Assembly: GCF_036588685.1 (NCBI RefSeq) | Contig: NC_086377.1 | Location: 18,104,001 to 18,168,000, forward strand | DNA: 64,000 nucleotides | DNA from: Mytilus trossulus | Taxonomy: Eukaryota | Reading direction: 5' to 3' | Shown: piece by piece, positions 12,894 through 24,955 of the stretch | How positions within the stretch are numbered: position 1 is the stretch's first letter | Layout of the letters: every line of letters begins with the position of its first letter | The notes under the pieces: model-generated | Database searches by the model: none | What the model was told of the DNA's origin: nothing | The model's input: the letters and a program-made list of their open reading frames with translations, nothing else | Program-made: the position numbers and the translations under genes

Positions 12894-12921
12894 GAAAGTA
12901 AAAAAAATACGTAGTGTCTTA

Positions 12922-15552
12922 TTAGGGTTTGATAGTACTTTTCATATGATGAGTGGTCATTTTGTCATTTTTCATTCGGACCTTGATTACACTTTTATGT
13001 CTTTGCCATGTTAAGTGGCCGTCTTTGTTTTTTCTTTCTTTTGCTGAAAGTTTTCTTTGAAAAGCATCTTTTTCCTCCCTTATTTTTCTCTCTATTTGCA
13101 AAATTCTTTGTTCAGAGTTATATCTATTTTCCTGTTGTTTTTGTTCAATGTCCTGTATTTTTCTGTATAAACTGTGCCTTTCTGCCACTTTTCGACTTTC
13201 GATTTGTTCCAGTTTTTTTCGTGTAATTTCCCTAAAATATAAAATATAAGGTTAATTAATTAATAGTAGCGGTATATCTTTATGAATAGGTCTGAAGTAT
13301 ACACAATTTGAATACTTTTACCTGAAGTTTTGTGCAAATGTCGCCAATTCAACGTTAAAGGGGCTAGTGCCGAGTTCCTCTTTATGCACTTCATTTCTAG
13401 CCAATCAAAATTACAGATTTCCAGTAGATTATAAATCTTCATTATGTGATACCCGATGTAGTATGATTGTCCATGAGACAATTCTTCACAAGAAAACAAA
13501 TTGTAACGGATAGTAGTTCCTTCATAATACAAGTTCCAAAAGGAAAAATCATTCTGGAATATCATTTATTAGGAATAAATATTACAGTATATGTTACTAA
13601 CGGAATGAATGGTAAAGAATATTTATTCCAACAGGAATAGATATTATAACAATGTTTATAAAAAAGTTTCCATTGGAACGTCTGTTAGGTGGAACAAATA
13701 CAAAATGTACATACGTTGACACAATGACATAGAAATTAAAACCCATTTAGGTCACCGTACGACCCTCAACAATGAGCAAAACCCCATACCACATAGTCAG
13801 TTATAAAAGGCACGCAAATGACAAATGTAAAACAGTTGAACGAGAATGATAGGCAAAATAAAAAAAATAGAGAAAAGGGCGTAAAACATTGCAAAATAAC
13901 GAAATGTCGCGTACAGAAAAACGAGGTGACCAAATATAAAGAATAGATAATGATAAGCAAAATGAAAAAAAGAATAGAAACAGAGATCGAAAACAATTCA
14001 ATTAAAGTCATGAGAGATCCCAAACCAGACCTCCAAACAAAAAGAAGAAAAAATACTTTGATGTATGACATGTTTGTTTTTCGTTAATTTTATGTACATA
14101 AATAATGCCGTTAGTTTTCTGGTTTGAATTGTTTTACATTTGTCATTTCGGGGCTTTTTATCGCTGACTATGCGGTATGGACTTTACTCAATGTTGAAGG
14201 CCGCACGGTGACTATAGTTGTTAATTTCGGTGTCATTTGGTCTTTTGCGGAGAGTTGTCTCATTTGCAATCGTACCACATCTTCTTTTTCTATATTTTGT
14301 AAGTTCAACGAATTAAAAATATTGTTTTTAATACCCGATTTTATTTAAACATAAAATATAATAATGATAATTCAGACCTTTTTTTCTGCTTTACATTTTC
14401 AATATCTTCCAGTCTTTGATAGAAGCTGCCTCTGTTGTGATATTCGTGCTGCAATGCAATCGCAGGCAATCTGTCCGTTTTCCTGTCGTTAATATCCGTA
14501 AGTGGTCGGTAATAGTCGGAACGAGAAGTGTTTGATTCTAAACATGTTAACGGGGGTAACGTTTGTGCGCTTTGTCTATCTAACACATTTTGTCTCTTAA
14601 TCTTCTCCATTTTCTTTATCCTTCGTTGAACAACCTCCTTTTTTAAATGGTGTATTTTGTTAACCTCATTGACTACTTTGTGATACTCTATTAGATCGTC
14701 CGTTGATAACGAGTCTCTCTCAGTACTAACGCTTGATTCTGACGAAGGATGTGAATCGGCTACATGATGTTTCAGCCTTTCGAGTCTCCCTTTCCATGCA
14801 CACATAGAAGACTCACATCGTACATATTTGCTCTCTATTATGTTTCTCAAATCTGTATTATCACTGTACGAAGCGTGCACTCCACATGTAGGGCAAGTTT
14901 TGTTACCTCGTTTAGTCCATTCTTTGATGCATGACAGGCAATATAAATGTCCGTTACAACATTGCTGAGGTTGATTCAAAATAAGTCGACTGAAAAATTA
15001 AAAAAAAATGATCAAAAGTTGGGATACTAAATAAAATAAAAAAGAGTGCGCACGCTGAAATGTCTCGGCTGCCTTACTAACCATGATAGATATTTGTATA
15101 TAACCCTTACGCCAAATTGGTGAGACTCTATTCAGTGGCTCCAAATAATTCGAAATCATGGCTAGTGAAATAACAAAAACCTTCTTGTTTTTATCATGCA
15201 AGTGCAACAAATACTGCGGATTTATATTTGCCATACACATGCAAGGAAAGATATTAATACAATTGTTTACAAATATTCTCTCAGCAAGACTCGTTTGAAT
15301 ATTGACATGAAACAATAAAAAGTATTTGCTAGTCTCATCCTTTCGTTTTCATATAATCTTGTTTATAGTAGTTCTAATTAATAGTCCTTCTCTCATGGCT
15401 AAATCAAAGTGTTAACTGATTTAGTTCAGAAATTATAGTTCTAATTAAGAATCTTACCAAATAGAACATTTATACTCTAGTCTTTCTCTTTTAGAAAGGT
15501 CCAGGAATATCTCGTTATCATGTCCTCCAACGTCAACCAACGTTTCATCCAT
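12922..15552 (-). CDS. C3HC4 RING plus TRAF/SIAH-type zinc-finger E3 ubiquitin ligase (RNF41/RNF151/PDZRN-like N-terminus) with C-terminal coiled coil; 338 aa, 3 exons
   Basis: Exons 15552..15458 (MDETLVDVGGHDNEIFLDLSKRERLEYKCSI+TG|gtaag), 14989..14378 and 13231..12922. Both junctions are phase 2 and frame-compatible. Splicing completes the RING: CSIC...C-NGH-LYCLSC...CPTC, followed by C-ESSM-C-AWKG...LKHH...H. The exon-2 donor (AG|gtctga) is weak. Confidence 0.85.
13470..13720. repeat. Dispersed repeat (second copy 42510-42717)
   Basis: Shared GGAATAAATATTACAG...TTCCAACAGGAATAGATATTAT.ACAATGTTTATAA.AAAGTTTCCATTGGAAC. Confidence 0.8.
14070..14290. mobile_element. Abundant interspersed repeat family (AAGATGTGGTATGA.TGCCAATGAGACAACTCTCC head)
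   Basis: Other copies or fragments at ~13730-13850, 38100-38390, 39598-39856, 43064-43290, 43980-44413, 45246-45370, 52866-53275 and 62667-62781, in both orientations. Confidence 0.8.
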
Positions 15553-16204
15553 TTATATCACGAACCCTGAGCGAATCAAATCACATTAGTACTAAAACAA
15601 ACCGGTCCTAACTATAACATTGTGTTTGTGTAATCATCGATGAAGAGTTAGTCCAATAGTCCTTCCCTCATGGCGAAATACATTATTGTTCCATCATCAG
15701 TTGTGGTTTCTGCGCATCAAAATAAACTTAATGCACTTGCTTGACCTTTAGACGAATTAAAAATCCAATAGAAATCAAAGAATTAACTGATTTAGCTCAG
15801 AAATTAGTCTGTTGAAACACAAAACTGAATCCAGATGAAGTTTGTCGTCAAATCAAAACACAAAACTAAACCAAACGAAATAAAACGCTAAAATATTCGT
15901 GAATCTAATTTTTCAAAATATTTAGAACACACACAATGAAAGATTGAAAACTCCTCTTTAATAGTTTTAAACAATAACAGAACAATCTTTTGAATATATA
16001 CATTAAATACTTTATGGGTTCAGAATATAACAAATAACTATCAATTTCAGTTTAAAAAGGTGTAAACGTAATTTGATATTGTATGCACCGTTTCATCTCG
16101 GTACTTCTTATTATTATAAACAAATTAAACATAACGTGTTTAACGGTATACTAATTCAAAAGTTGTATATTTGGTGTTTTCCCCCATATAACCCGTCTGA
16201 TACG

Positions 16205-16360
16205 GTGATTTCTGTCCGCAATTTATTTTTGTCCGATAATTTTGCTTTTTGTCCGCTTTTGCTTTTGTCCGTTGCTTTTTATTCGCGACACTTATGCTTT
16301 TTGTTCGACTATTTTGCTTTTTGTCCGACTATTTTGCTTTTTGTCCGACACTTTTTACTT
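16205..16360. repeat. Short tandem array of TTTTGCTTTTTGTCCG-like units
   Basis: About six degenerate ~15-20-bp units between the divergent RING and DNase II starts. Confidence 0.75.
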
Positions 16361-17052
16361 CCGGGCGAGAAAAGACTACCAAACCAACTATAAACTTATT
16401 TACTACAAAATTGGTTGAGCATGGCGAAGACAGCGAAATACGCTTATGAAAAGGAGGTTATGTTGTACAGGGGCAGAAATTGTGCTTTACAACATCCCAT
16501 CTATAATTACGAAAATGTTAAAGTATTGAGCGTGGCACAGACATTTTAGCATAACATGGTTGCGTATTTACACATCCACTCAACAAAAAGGACGACATCC
16601 TAAGGGCACGACACCCTAAAGGGGGGGAGGGGGCTCGATCCAGTCATAATGCAGTGATTCCTTATATATCAATCAATTTTTCCCATAAAAAGGGGAGGAG
16701 ACGTTTGAGATGATTTCATTGGCCCAGTGTATCTTGGAGATTTGAAAAAAAATAATAGTTAGGATCAGCTCAAATTTAATTAGTGACAACACTTCCCTTA
16801 TCATAAGTCGACCGACTTTACTCTTTGAAATTTGAAAAAGGTAAGTACAGACTAAATATATAAACGAGCGAAAAACCGCTTTCACATTTACACAAGGAAA
16901 TAATTTATTTGTAATTTCGTCAATGACTAAAAACGAGGAAGTCATATTAAAACATCACATGTGAATTAGTTCCTGTATAAAATGGATGATATGATTTCCG
17001 TCAGGTGATAATGGTATTCTGATCGATGACTTTAGTGTACATTTAATGAACG

Positions 17053-20000
17053 ATGTTTGTGCTTGTGTTTGTGGGTATGTTTGTTCATACTGTTTTCTGT
17101 ATGCAGTGCAGATCGCAAACAAATAAACCAGTAGATTGGTAAGATTTAAGTCACATGATAACATTTGAAATTTAATAATATTTTACATTTTCAGTTCTCA
17201 TTCTTTTTGAACATGTTTAAACACTTTTGTGGTGTCTAAAATAGACAAATCAATTTGTTTGTTTGTTTGTCCGTGTGTGTGCTTTTTTTCCTTTTCCTAT
17301 ACATAAAAAGGATAATACATATCATGATTTTCAACCTATACATTTAGTCAACCTTTTATAGATATTTCATATACATGTAGGTGTATTATTTTGTACCCGA
17401 GGGGTCTTTCGTTTTTCATTATACACAACAGCTGTTCCCGAATTAACAGTTCGAAAGTCAACGAAAATGAAATTGAAAAGCATTTCAAACCGAAAATCTT
17501 ATAAGTGTTGCTAAATACGGCTAACTTAAAGGTAATCTATGCCTGAGTGTAGAAAAACCTGAATAGTCTGGTAACCTTTTAGTAAAATCGCATGTTCAAT
17601 CCTGCTCAACAAATCGGTCTAACACAAAGACGCCTTAACACGATAACGACGCGTGTAACATTTGGAGCAGGATCAGATTACCCTTTGCGAAGAAACTGAT
17701 GTAAGTGTTGCTCAGTCTTGAGTTATGTATGTTGTGTTTTGTACACAGTTGTTGTCTATTGATAGTTTTTGTTTTTGCCCTGACATTGTCATTTCGTTTT
17801 GGACAAATGAGTTTGATTATTCCTAAAGTATCTTTTGTTTTCTTTTCTAGTATTAAATATGCATTCAGCAAACGTTATATTATATATTTTAAGGTTCATA
17901 GTGTACAAGATACCTAAGCTTGGAAGTCATCCTGATCCTATTTTCCAATCTGGGACGGGATTCTATTACATGGACAATGATAATCCTGAGCTGACACCTT
18001 CTGACAGAGGATTAGATGTGAAGAATGATGCCTTGTTTCATACACTCGATCAAATCTACAATAACAAGGTATAAAGTTTGATGAAATTTGGTAGATTCTG
18101 CATTGTTTCGTATCTTTTGGATCATATAGGAAGGGAGGCATGATATCTCACCAAACCTATTTAACCCGCCGCATTTTGCGCCTGTTCCAAGTCAGAAGGT
18201 TATGATCTTTGTTATACTAATTACTTGAAAGCTGTTTAATTCAATTTATTTATTAGTTTATAAGTTAAGTATGACTTTCAATATATTTGAAGTATTTGAA
18301 TAAACCGTGTTTAACAGTTCAAGGAAACCTTAGATAGTCAGTCATTCACATTGGTGCTACAAGTCCTTTCATTATTATTTTTTTAATGATACGCCAAGAT
18401 ATACACAAATTTGAGGGGTTGGTCTTATTTCAGACAGAAGTTGGCTATTTTATGTATAGCGATCACACACCAGACAATAGAACAGGCAACGACCCAAGAG
18501 GACATGCAAAAGGTAAACAGTACAAGCATTTAACATTACATGTTCCAAAGTCTTCTTTTATGTTCCCAGAAATATGATATAGATGGAAATATGCAAAACT
18601 GAAAGTTGACACTTATCTCTCAGTATTTCAAAAAGTTGAGATTTTCCGTACAACAATATTTGTTTACAATTTGCCTGTCTTTTCTAAGCTTTATTAAACA
18701 CAATATGTAGCAAAAAATAATAAGTCAAAACATTTTCTTTTAAAAATTGTAAGTAAACAATTGCAACTTTATAACATGGAGAAGGATAGATGGGTAAAGC
18801 GCAAATAGGAAAAAAGAGAGAAAAAAACCAGCTGCGTTCTAACTGTTTTCACCTGCTGGAGTGATGTCCCATCTGTAACTAGGTTTTATTGGAAATTTTC
18901 TTTAGTTAATAACCAAACATGATAATAGACATGCATCAGTAGTATATATTTAAAGAATTATATATTCGTAGAAATTTCATGAAGTATTAATTATTTTTAA
19001 TTCTTAATTTTTATTCAAAACGTATATAGTTGTTGCGTCACTGTAAAGCAAAGTTACATCTGGTTACGGTTAAAAAAAAAATGAAATACTCTTAATATAG
19101 CGGACTTAAAATTAATAAATATTTTTTTCAGGAGTTTTGGGATTTGAACAATCAGGTGGATTTTGGATGATACATAGCGCACCACAGTTCCCTCCATTGA
19201 GGTCTGATGGCTACAAATGGCAAGAAAAGGCCTCGAAAAATGGACAGACTTTCCTATGTTTATCTTTAGATTACGGGATCTTTAATCGCACAGGTACTCA
19301 GTATATAAATGTAAAGTGTAATAATTATAGGTTATCGTCACTGTCTATAGATATCATCATATATGTTGTCTTCAGATATTGTCTCACGTTTTCTCTACGT
19401 ATATCTTTATTCGTTTCGTGTAAGATATCTTCCACGTGTTGTCTCAAGATGTTATCATACGTGTTGTCTTCCCATATCATAACACGTACGAGTTGTCTTC
19501 CGATATCATAACACGTAAGTGTTGTCTTCAGATATCATAACACGTATGTATTGTACAAGATATCGTCACATGCATTGTCGTTTTAAATCGTAAGCATATA
19601 TTTTCTCCAGATATCGTCTCACGTTTGTCTTCATATATCGTCTCACATTTGTCTTCATATATCGAATCACGTTTGTATTCAGATATCGTCTCACGTTTTT
19701 CATCAGATATTGTCTCAAGTTCGTCTTCAGATATTTTCTCACGTTCGTCTTCATATATCATCTCACATTTGTATTCAGTTTCACGTTTGTTTCCAGATAT
19801 CGTAACTTGCTTTGTCTTCACATGTCGTCTCACCTTTGTCTACAGAAGTCGTCTCACGTTTGTCTACAGATATCGCCTCACATTGGTCTTCAGATATCGT
19901 CTCACGTTTGTCGTCAGATATCGTAACTCGCTTTGTCTTCAGCTATCGTCTCATGTTTGTCTTCAGTTTTCGGCTCATGTTTGTCTACAGATATCATAAC

Positions 20001-23000
20001 TCACTTTGTCTACATATATCGTCTCACGTTTGTCTTCAGATATCGTCACTCATTTTGTATTAAGATATCATCTCTAGTTTATCTTCAGATATCGTCTCAC
20101 GTTTGTCTTTAGATGTCGTCACTCGCTTTGTCTACATATATCGTCTCACGTTTGTCATCAGATATCGTCACTCGCTTTGTTTTCAGATATCGTCCAAGTT
20201 TGTCTTCAGATATCGCCTGACGTTTGTCTTCAGATATCACCTCACATTTGTCTTCAGATATCGTCTCACGTTTGTCTTCAGATATTGTCACTCGCTTTGT
20301 CTCAGGTATCGCCACTCGCTTTGTTTTCAGATATCGTCTCACGTTTGTCTCCAGATATCGCCTGACGTTAGTCTTCAGATATCACCTCACATTTGTCTTC
20401 AGATATCGTCACTCGCTTTGTCTTAAGATATCGTTACTCGCTTTATCTTCAGATATCGTCTCACGTTTGTCTTGATATATCGCCTCACGTTTGTCTATAT
20501 TTATCGCCTCACGTTTGTCTTTATGTATTATCTCAGATTTGTCTTCAAATATCGTCCCACGTTCATCTTCAAATATCGCCTCACATTTGTCTTCATATAT
20601 CGCCTCACATTCGTCTTCAGATATCCTCTCACGTTTATCTTCAATTATCCTCTCACGTTTATCTTCAATTATCGTCTCACATTTGTCTTCAAATATCGTC
20701 CCACGTTCGTCTTCAGATCTCGTCTCACATTTGTCTACCGATATCGCAGATATCGGCCCACGTTTGTCTTCAGATATCGTCTCATGTTTATCTTCACATA
20801 TCGTCTCACATTTGTCTTCAGATATCGTCTCACATTTGTCTTCAGATATCGTCCCACGTTTGTCTTCAGATATCGTTACTCACTGTGCTTTCAGATTTCG
20901 TCTCACATTTGTCTTCCGATATCTTTTCAGTTTTGGTGATTTTTAATTATCCTCACACGTTTTGTCTCCAGATGTCATTACACGTTTTGTCGTCAGATAC
21001 CTTAGTTCATTTTGTTGCGAGATGAAAATATCAATAATAGAATTGAGAATGGAAATGGGGAATGTGTCAAAGAGACAATAACCCGACCATAGAAAAAAGT
21101 TTACTCTGGTAGTTAAAGATATCGTTATTTCTTTCATTCATGAAAATATGTTAAGATATCTGTATTCATTACATTTTTTTTTAGATATCATTATTAACCT
21201 GTCTCGTATGATATTTCTTTATTCTCTATTTATTTGTTAAAGTGTTTAAATATCTTTATTTATTAGTTTTTGTGGTAAATGAGTGCAGATATCTTTATTT
21301 ATTCATCGTGTATAGATATCTTTATTCATTTGTAAATTTGTTAAGATATCTTTATTCCTTTGTAGTTGAGCTATCTGTCTTCCCTAATTTTGTCTACAAA
21401 TATGTTATTGTATGCTTTTTGCTGTACGGTTATGCATATACAATGGTAGTTTGTTGGATTCTTAATAATTACCCTCAAATGTTTGATTTTTATTGGTGTA
21501 TCTGTTGATGGGATTTTGGCTTATTGCTATGAATCTATTACCAACCATTAAGTTTAATTCATTTTTGTTCATATTATATTTCTTGTGTTTAGATATTCTT
21601 TGGTCATGATTATTGTTTCAGACGTCTGTGTTTCAATATATGCTCTATTTCAAAAATCTTTTATCTATAATTTTTTAATAGTTTATATTATATCATATTC
21701 GCAGGAACGGTGTTCAAATACATTTTCCCGTATATATACGATGTTGGCTTCCCTGCAATGTTCAACAAAGATTATCCAATGTTAAGACTTTTTAGTGTAG
21801 ACAAAGGTACAAGACAGCTACATGTCCAAAAGGCACCATGGTATGACGTAATAAAACTGCCAACAAAAGAAGGCGTGAGTTTCTTGAGTTTTTCGAAGTA
21901 TGGAAAATTCGGGAATGATTTATATGATGGCTTATTGTCAAATGAACTTCAACAGGACTTACTAGTGCAGTCATGGATAGCGACACAAAAAACGGCGGGA
22001 GATAAGCTACCTTCAAACTGTTCTATTCAGTACAAGGTAAGTGCAGACATGGATACATTAACCCCTATCCAAGTCCCACCAAAAATAAGCTGATGCCAAA
22101 CCACATTTTAACTGTTACATTAATGGGGCTGCTTCATTTGTTCTAGGTCGGGCTATGCCCGGTTCGCCCTATCACGTGACCGGGTTAAATATGGCTGAAA
22201 ATAAAACGAGTGGAACCGGCTGATTTAAAGATGGCGACAGAAGTTCAAATTTATACTTTTTTGCTTTCTAAGCTAGGGAATTTAAAAGATGAACCTATTA
22301 ACAATAAATATATATTTTTAAGATGCAGACTTTTTTTCTGAGGCCTTATTCATCATAAAAACGTTTCTCCGAGATAGTTTTATGAATTTGAAAAAAAAAT
22401 ATAGCATGGCAATTTAATATCGTCGTAGTGGACTAATTAAGTATCATGTATCATACTAGTCTGATTGACAAAAATCAATATTCACCTTTTAAATTCCGAT
22501 TATTTATCTAAAATTGCACTTTCTGCCATACTTTTATGACCGGCTGATTGCTTGCCGGTTAGTGTACACCGGCGAGAGCGGCGTATGCCTATTAGCGCCG
22601 GCGGCTGATTTTACAGCCTATGAAGCGACTGTGCCTATACCGGAAGAGTCAACCGGGCTAAGCCGCTGTGTCAAATCAAGTACTACCATTAAGCACTAGG
22701 CAAGTTCAGTCTTGGAGAGGGAGAGTCAGAAATAAAAAAAATATGAAAAATAAAAATAAAAATATATGTGTCCATGGTTCCTAAGCATATTAAACTGGTA
22801 ATATAACTACATCGTCGTTTAAAACAGTCATCAGCTTTATTTAAAAGAAATGCAGACATATATCTATTCAACAGTCTAACTTCAAAATTTGAATATGAAA
22901 TTGTCAGAATTAGTCGATTTACTGTTTTCCAAGTATACTCTATTTGGGATGGTCATTATGTTACGTTGCTAAGTTTTTTCCTCTTCAGTATAATAAATTA

Positions 23001-24955
23001 CAGTGAATTATCCATTTAAAAAAAAAAGTCCTATTTATTTAAACAAAATGCAATGAATTTTTAACATTTACAGGTCTACAATGTCAATATAATGAGGTTT
23101 CCGGGCAAGAACATAGAGTTTACAACATCTAAAGACCACTCTAAATGGGTTGTCTCTAAAGACAATGGGAACTGGTTGTGTATCGGTGATATAAATAGAC
23201 AGGTTAGTGGTTAGCTCATTGAAAAGTCAATACGTAAGTAGCCATTTGTAGACCGGTCAAAACTGACATTTTGAGGTACTCACTGAAAGCTGGAACAGAC
23301 TCCAACCCCGGACTTTGGTCTAAAAGCCTGTCATATGCTTATACATACATAAATAATATATAGACAACATTTATTTGAAATAAAAAGCATGACTTAGACA
23401 GTTACAATAAAGCTGTCAACCTGGGACTAGTAGTAAGTTCTGTGTCTAAAATTCTACGAACGCCATCACGAGTTGGTTGACCGTACTGGAATATCTATTT
23501 CCGAGATAATAACGGGTATGTTCCTTATGTCGAAACTACAATCCCCTTCCAATATCAGGATTGTGACCTTCTGATTGAAACTATTTGCCAGTTTTGTAAA
23601 CAAATAAGAAACATGACGGGTGCCACATGTGGAGCTGGAGCTGCTTAACCTTCCGGGACACATGAAATCACTACCAGTCTTTGATGAGGTTCGTGTTGCT
23701 TAGTCTTTAGTTTTCTATATTGCATTAATAAAATCATATTTGTGAGTTCTTAATCGCCCAAAACTGAAAAATAGCCGTAAAAACACAGACTATAAAGTCG
23801 AGAATCTCAATATAACTTGAGACGACGGCTCTTTAAATTGTAATTTTAAAAGGTTACAACTCTGAAATAAATTTAGGTTTTTCAGTCTGGTAATAACTCA
23901 CAACATATTCCTCCATATGAAAAAAGTTCAACATTTTTAAAATTTTCATTAAGTATTCAGTATTGTTTTACCTAATATTTTTATTTTCCGTATATAATTT
24001 TGTTCTTTGTTCCTTTGCCCCCTCAATTATTCTCTAATATTTGCTAAGTTTTCTGTATTCAATACTTGTTGCCATTTATTTTCTATAATGTATGCTAACA
24101 TTGCCTATGTAAATTTTAAAATTGCTTGTATGCACATTGAAGGACAAATTTATGTGACGTATAAAAGATTTCTGACGTCAGACACTCAAATAAATCAATG
24201 TGTTCGTAGATAGTAAATGTTTTTGTGTTCTGTTAAATTGTTTCATTTAAAATTGATATACGATGATGACTGATGTACCCATATCTTGACTATTTTATTT
24301 ATTGTGTCTGTAAATTTAACACATCAATGTAAATATAACGGAATTTGATGAGACTGTCATTAAAGTGGGAGGGTTCGCGCTATAGAACCAGGTTTAATCC
24401 ACCATTTTCTACATTTGAAAATGCCTGTACGTAGTCAGGAATATGACAGTTCTTGTCCATTCGGTTTTTAGCGTTTTGTTATTTGATTTTGCCATGTGAT
24501 TATGGACTTTCCGAATTGATTTTCCTCTAAGTTCAGTATTTTTTTTATTTTACTTTTTTCTATTCGGGTAACTCAATCCTGACCCTCTTTTTTACTCATG
24601 GCATTGTCTGTTTATTCACACTTAAAAGTTTGAATATCATTTGATATCGTTCGCCTATATTTTACAAAAAGATATTACCATTTGCTATATGCAATTAAGT
24701 TGAAATAACAGGTTTAATTTTATTTAAAAAAAATGTAAAAAATATAAGTTTCAAATGATAAAGCAATGCTTCTGTATTCTTATTATAGCCCGTTTTCCTC
24801 CAGAATGTGTCTTTTGTATGCAGCTGTATATCTTCACTCTAGTGTTTTCATTTTAGAAGCCACAGAAATATAGAGCTGGTGGGCAAGTTTGTTTTCAGAA
24901 TAAATTTGCTTGGAATAGTTTCAAAAAGATTGTCAAAGACTTTGAAGCATGTTAA
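17053..24955 (+). CDS. DNASE2: Deoxyribonuclease II (plancitoxin-1-like); 353 aa, 7 exons
   Basis: Exons 17053-17138, 17894-18068, 18434-18512, 19132-19293, 21705-22036, 23074-23202 and 24857-24955; all GT-AG and phase-consistent. Signal peptide [16 protein letters not shown], then KPVDWFIVYKIP, both HxK motifs (GHAKG, DHSKW), [28 protein letters not shown] and RAGGQVC. AATAAA at 25051 and 25069. Confidence 0.95.
19350..21005. repeat. 24/25-bp minisatellite (CAGATATCGTCTCACGTTTGTCTT) in DNase II intron 4
   Basis: Dozens of tandem units. Explains all [16 protein letters not shown] ORFs between 19528 and 21025. Confidence 0.95.
22124..22688. mobile_element. MITE-like element with GC-rich subtermini, flanked by TTAA
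   Basis: Imperfect TIRs TGGGGCTGCTTCATTTG / CAAATCAAGTACTACCA; TTAA at 22120-22123 and 22689-22692; lies in DNase II intron 5. Confidence 0.55.
23451..23720 (+). mobile_element. Penelope-like retroelement 3' remnant
   Basis: Encodes [20 protein letters not shown], followed by GACGGGTGCCACATGTGGAGC. Same family as 28858-29240. Confidence 0.65.
24352..24560. mobile_element. Abundant interspersed repeat (AATGCCTGTACCAAGTCAGGAATATGACAG family)
   Basis: Copies at ~6140-6370, 7784-7960 (reverse), 25330-25560 (reverse), 26007-26150, 35510-35640, 36230-36432 and 58727-58880. Confidence 0.8.

Noticed and set aside
10902-12921. Fusion of the RING gene and the 543-aa ORF into one CDS
   Set aside because: An in-frame TAA lies between the 10952 acceptor and ATG 10901, and RING exon 3 has its own stop.
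19350-21005. CRISPR-like array or repetitive protein ORFs
   Set aside because: Units are contiguous with no unique spacers and no cas genes; it is an intronic minisatellite and the ORFs are by-products.
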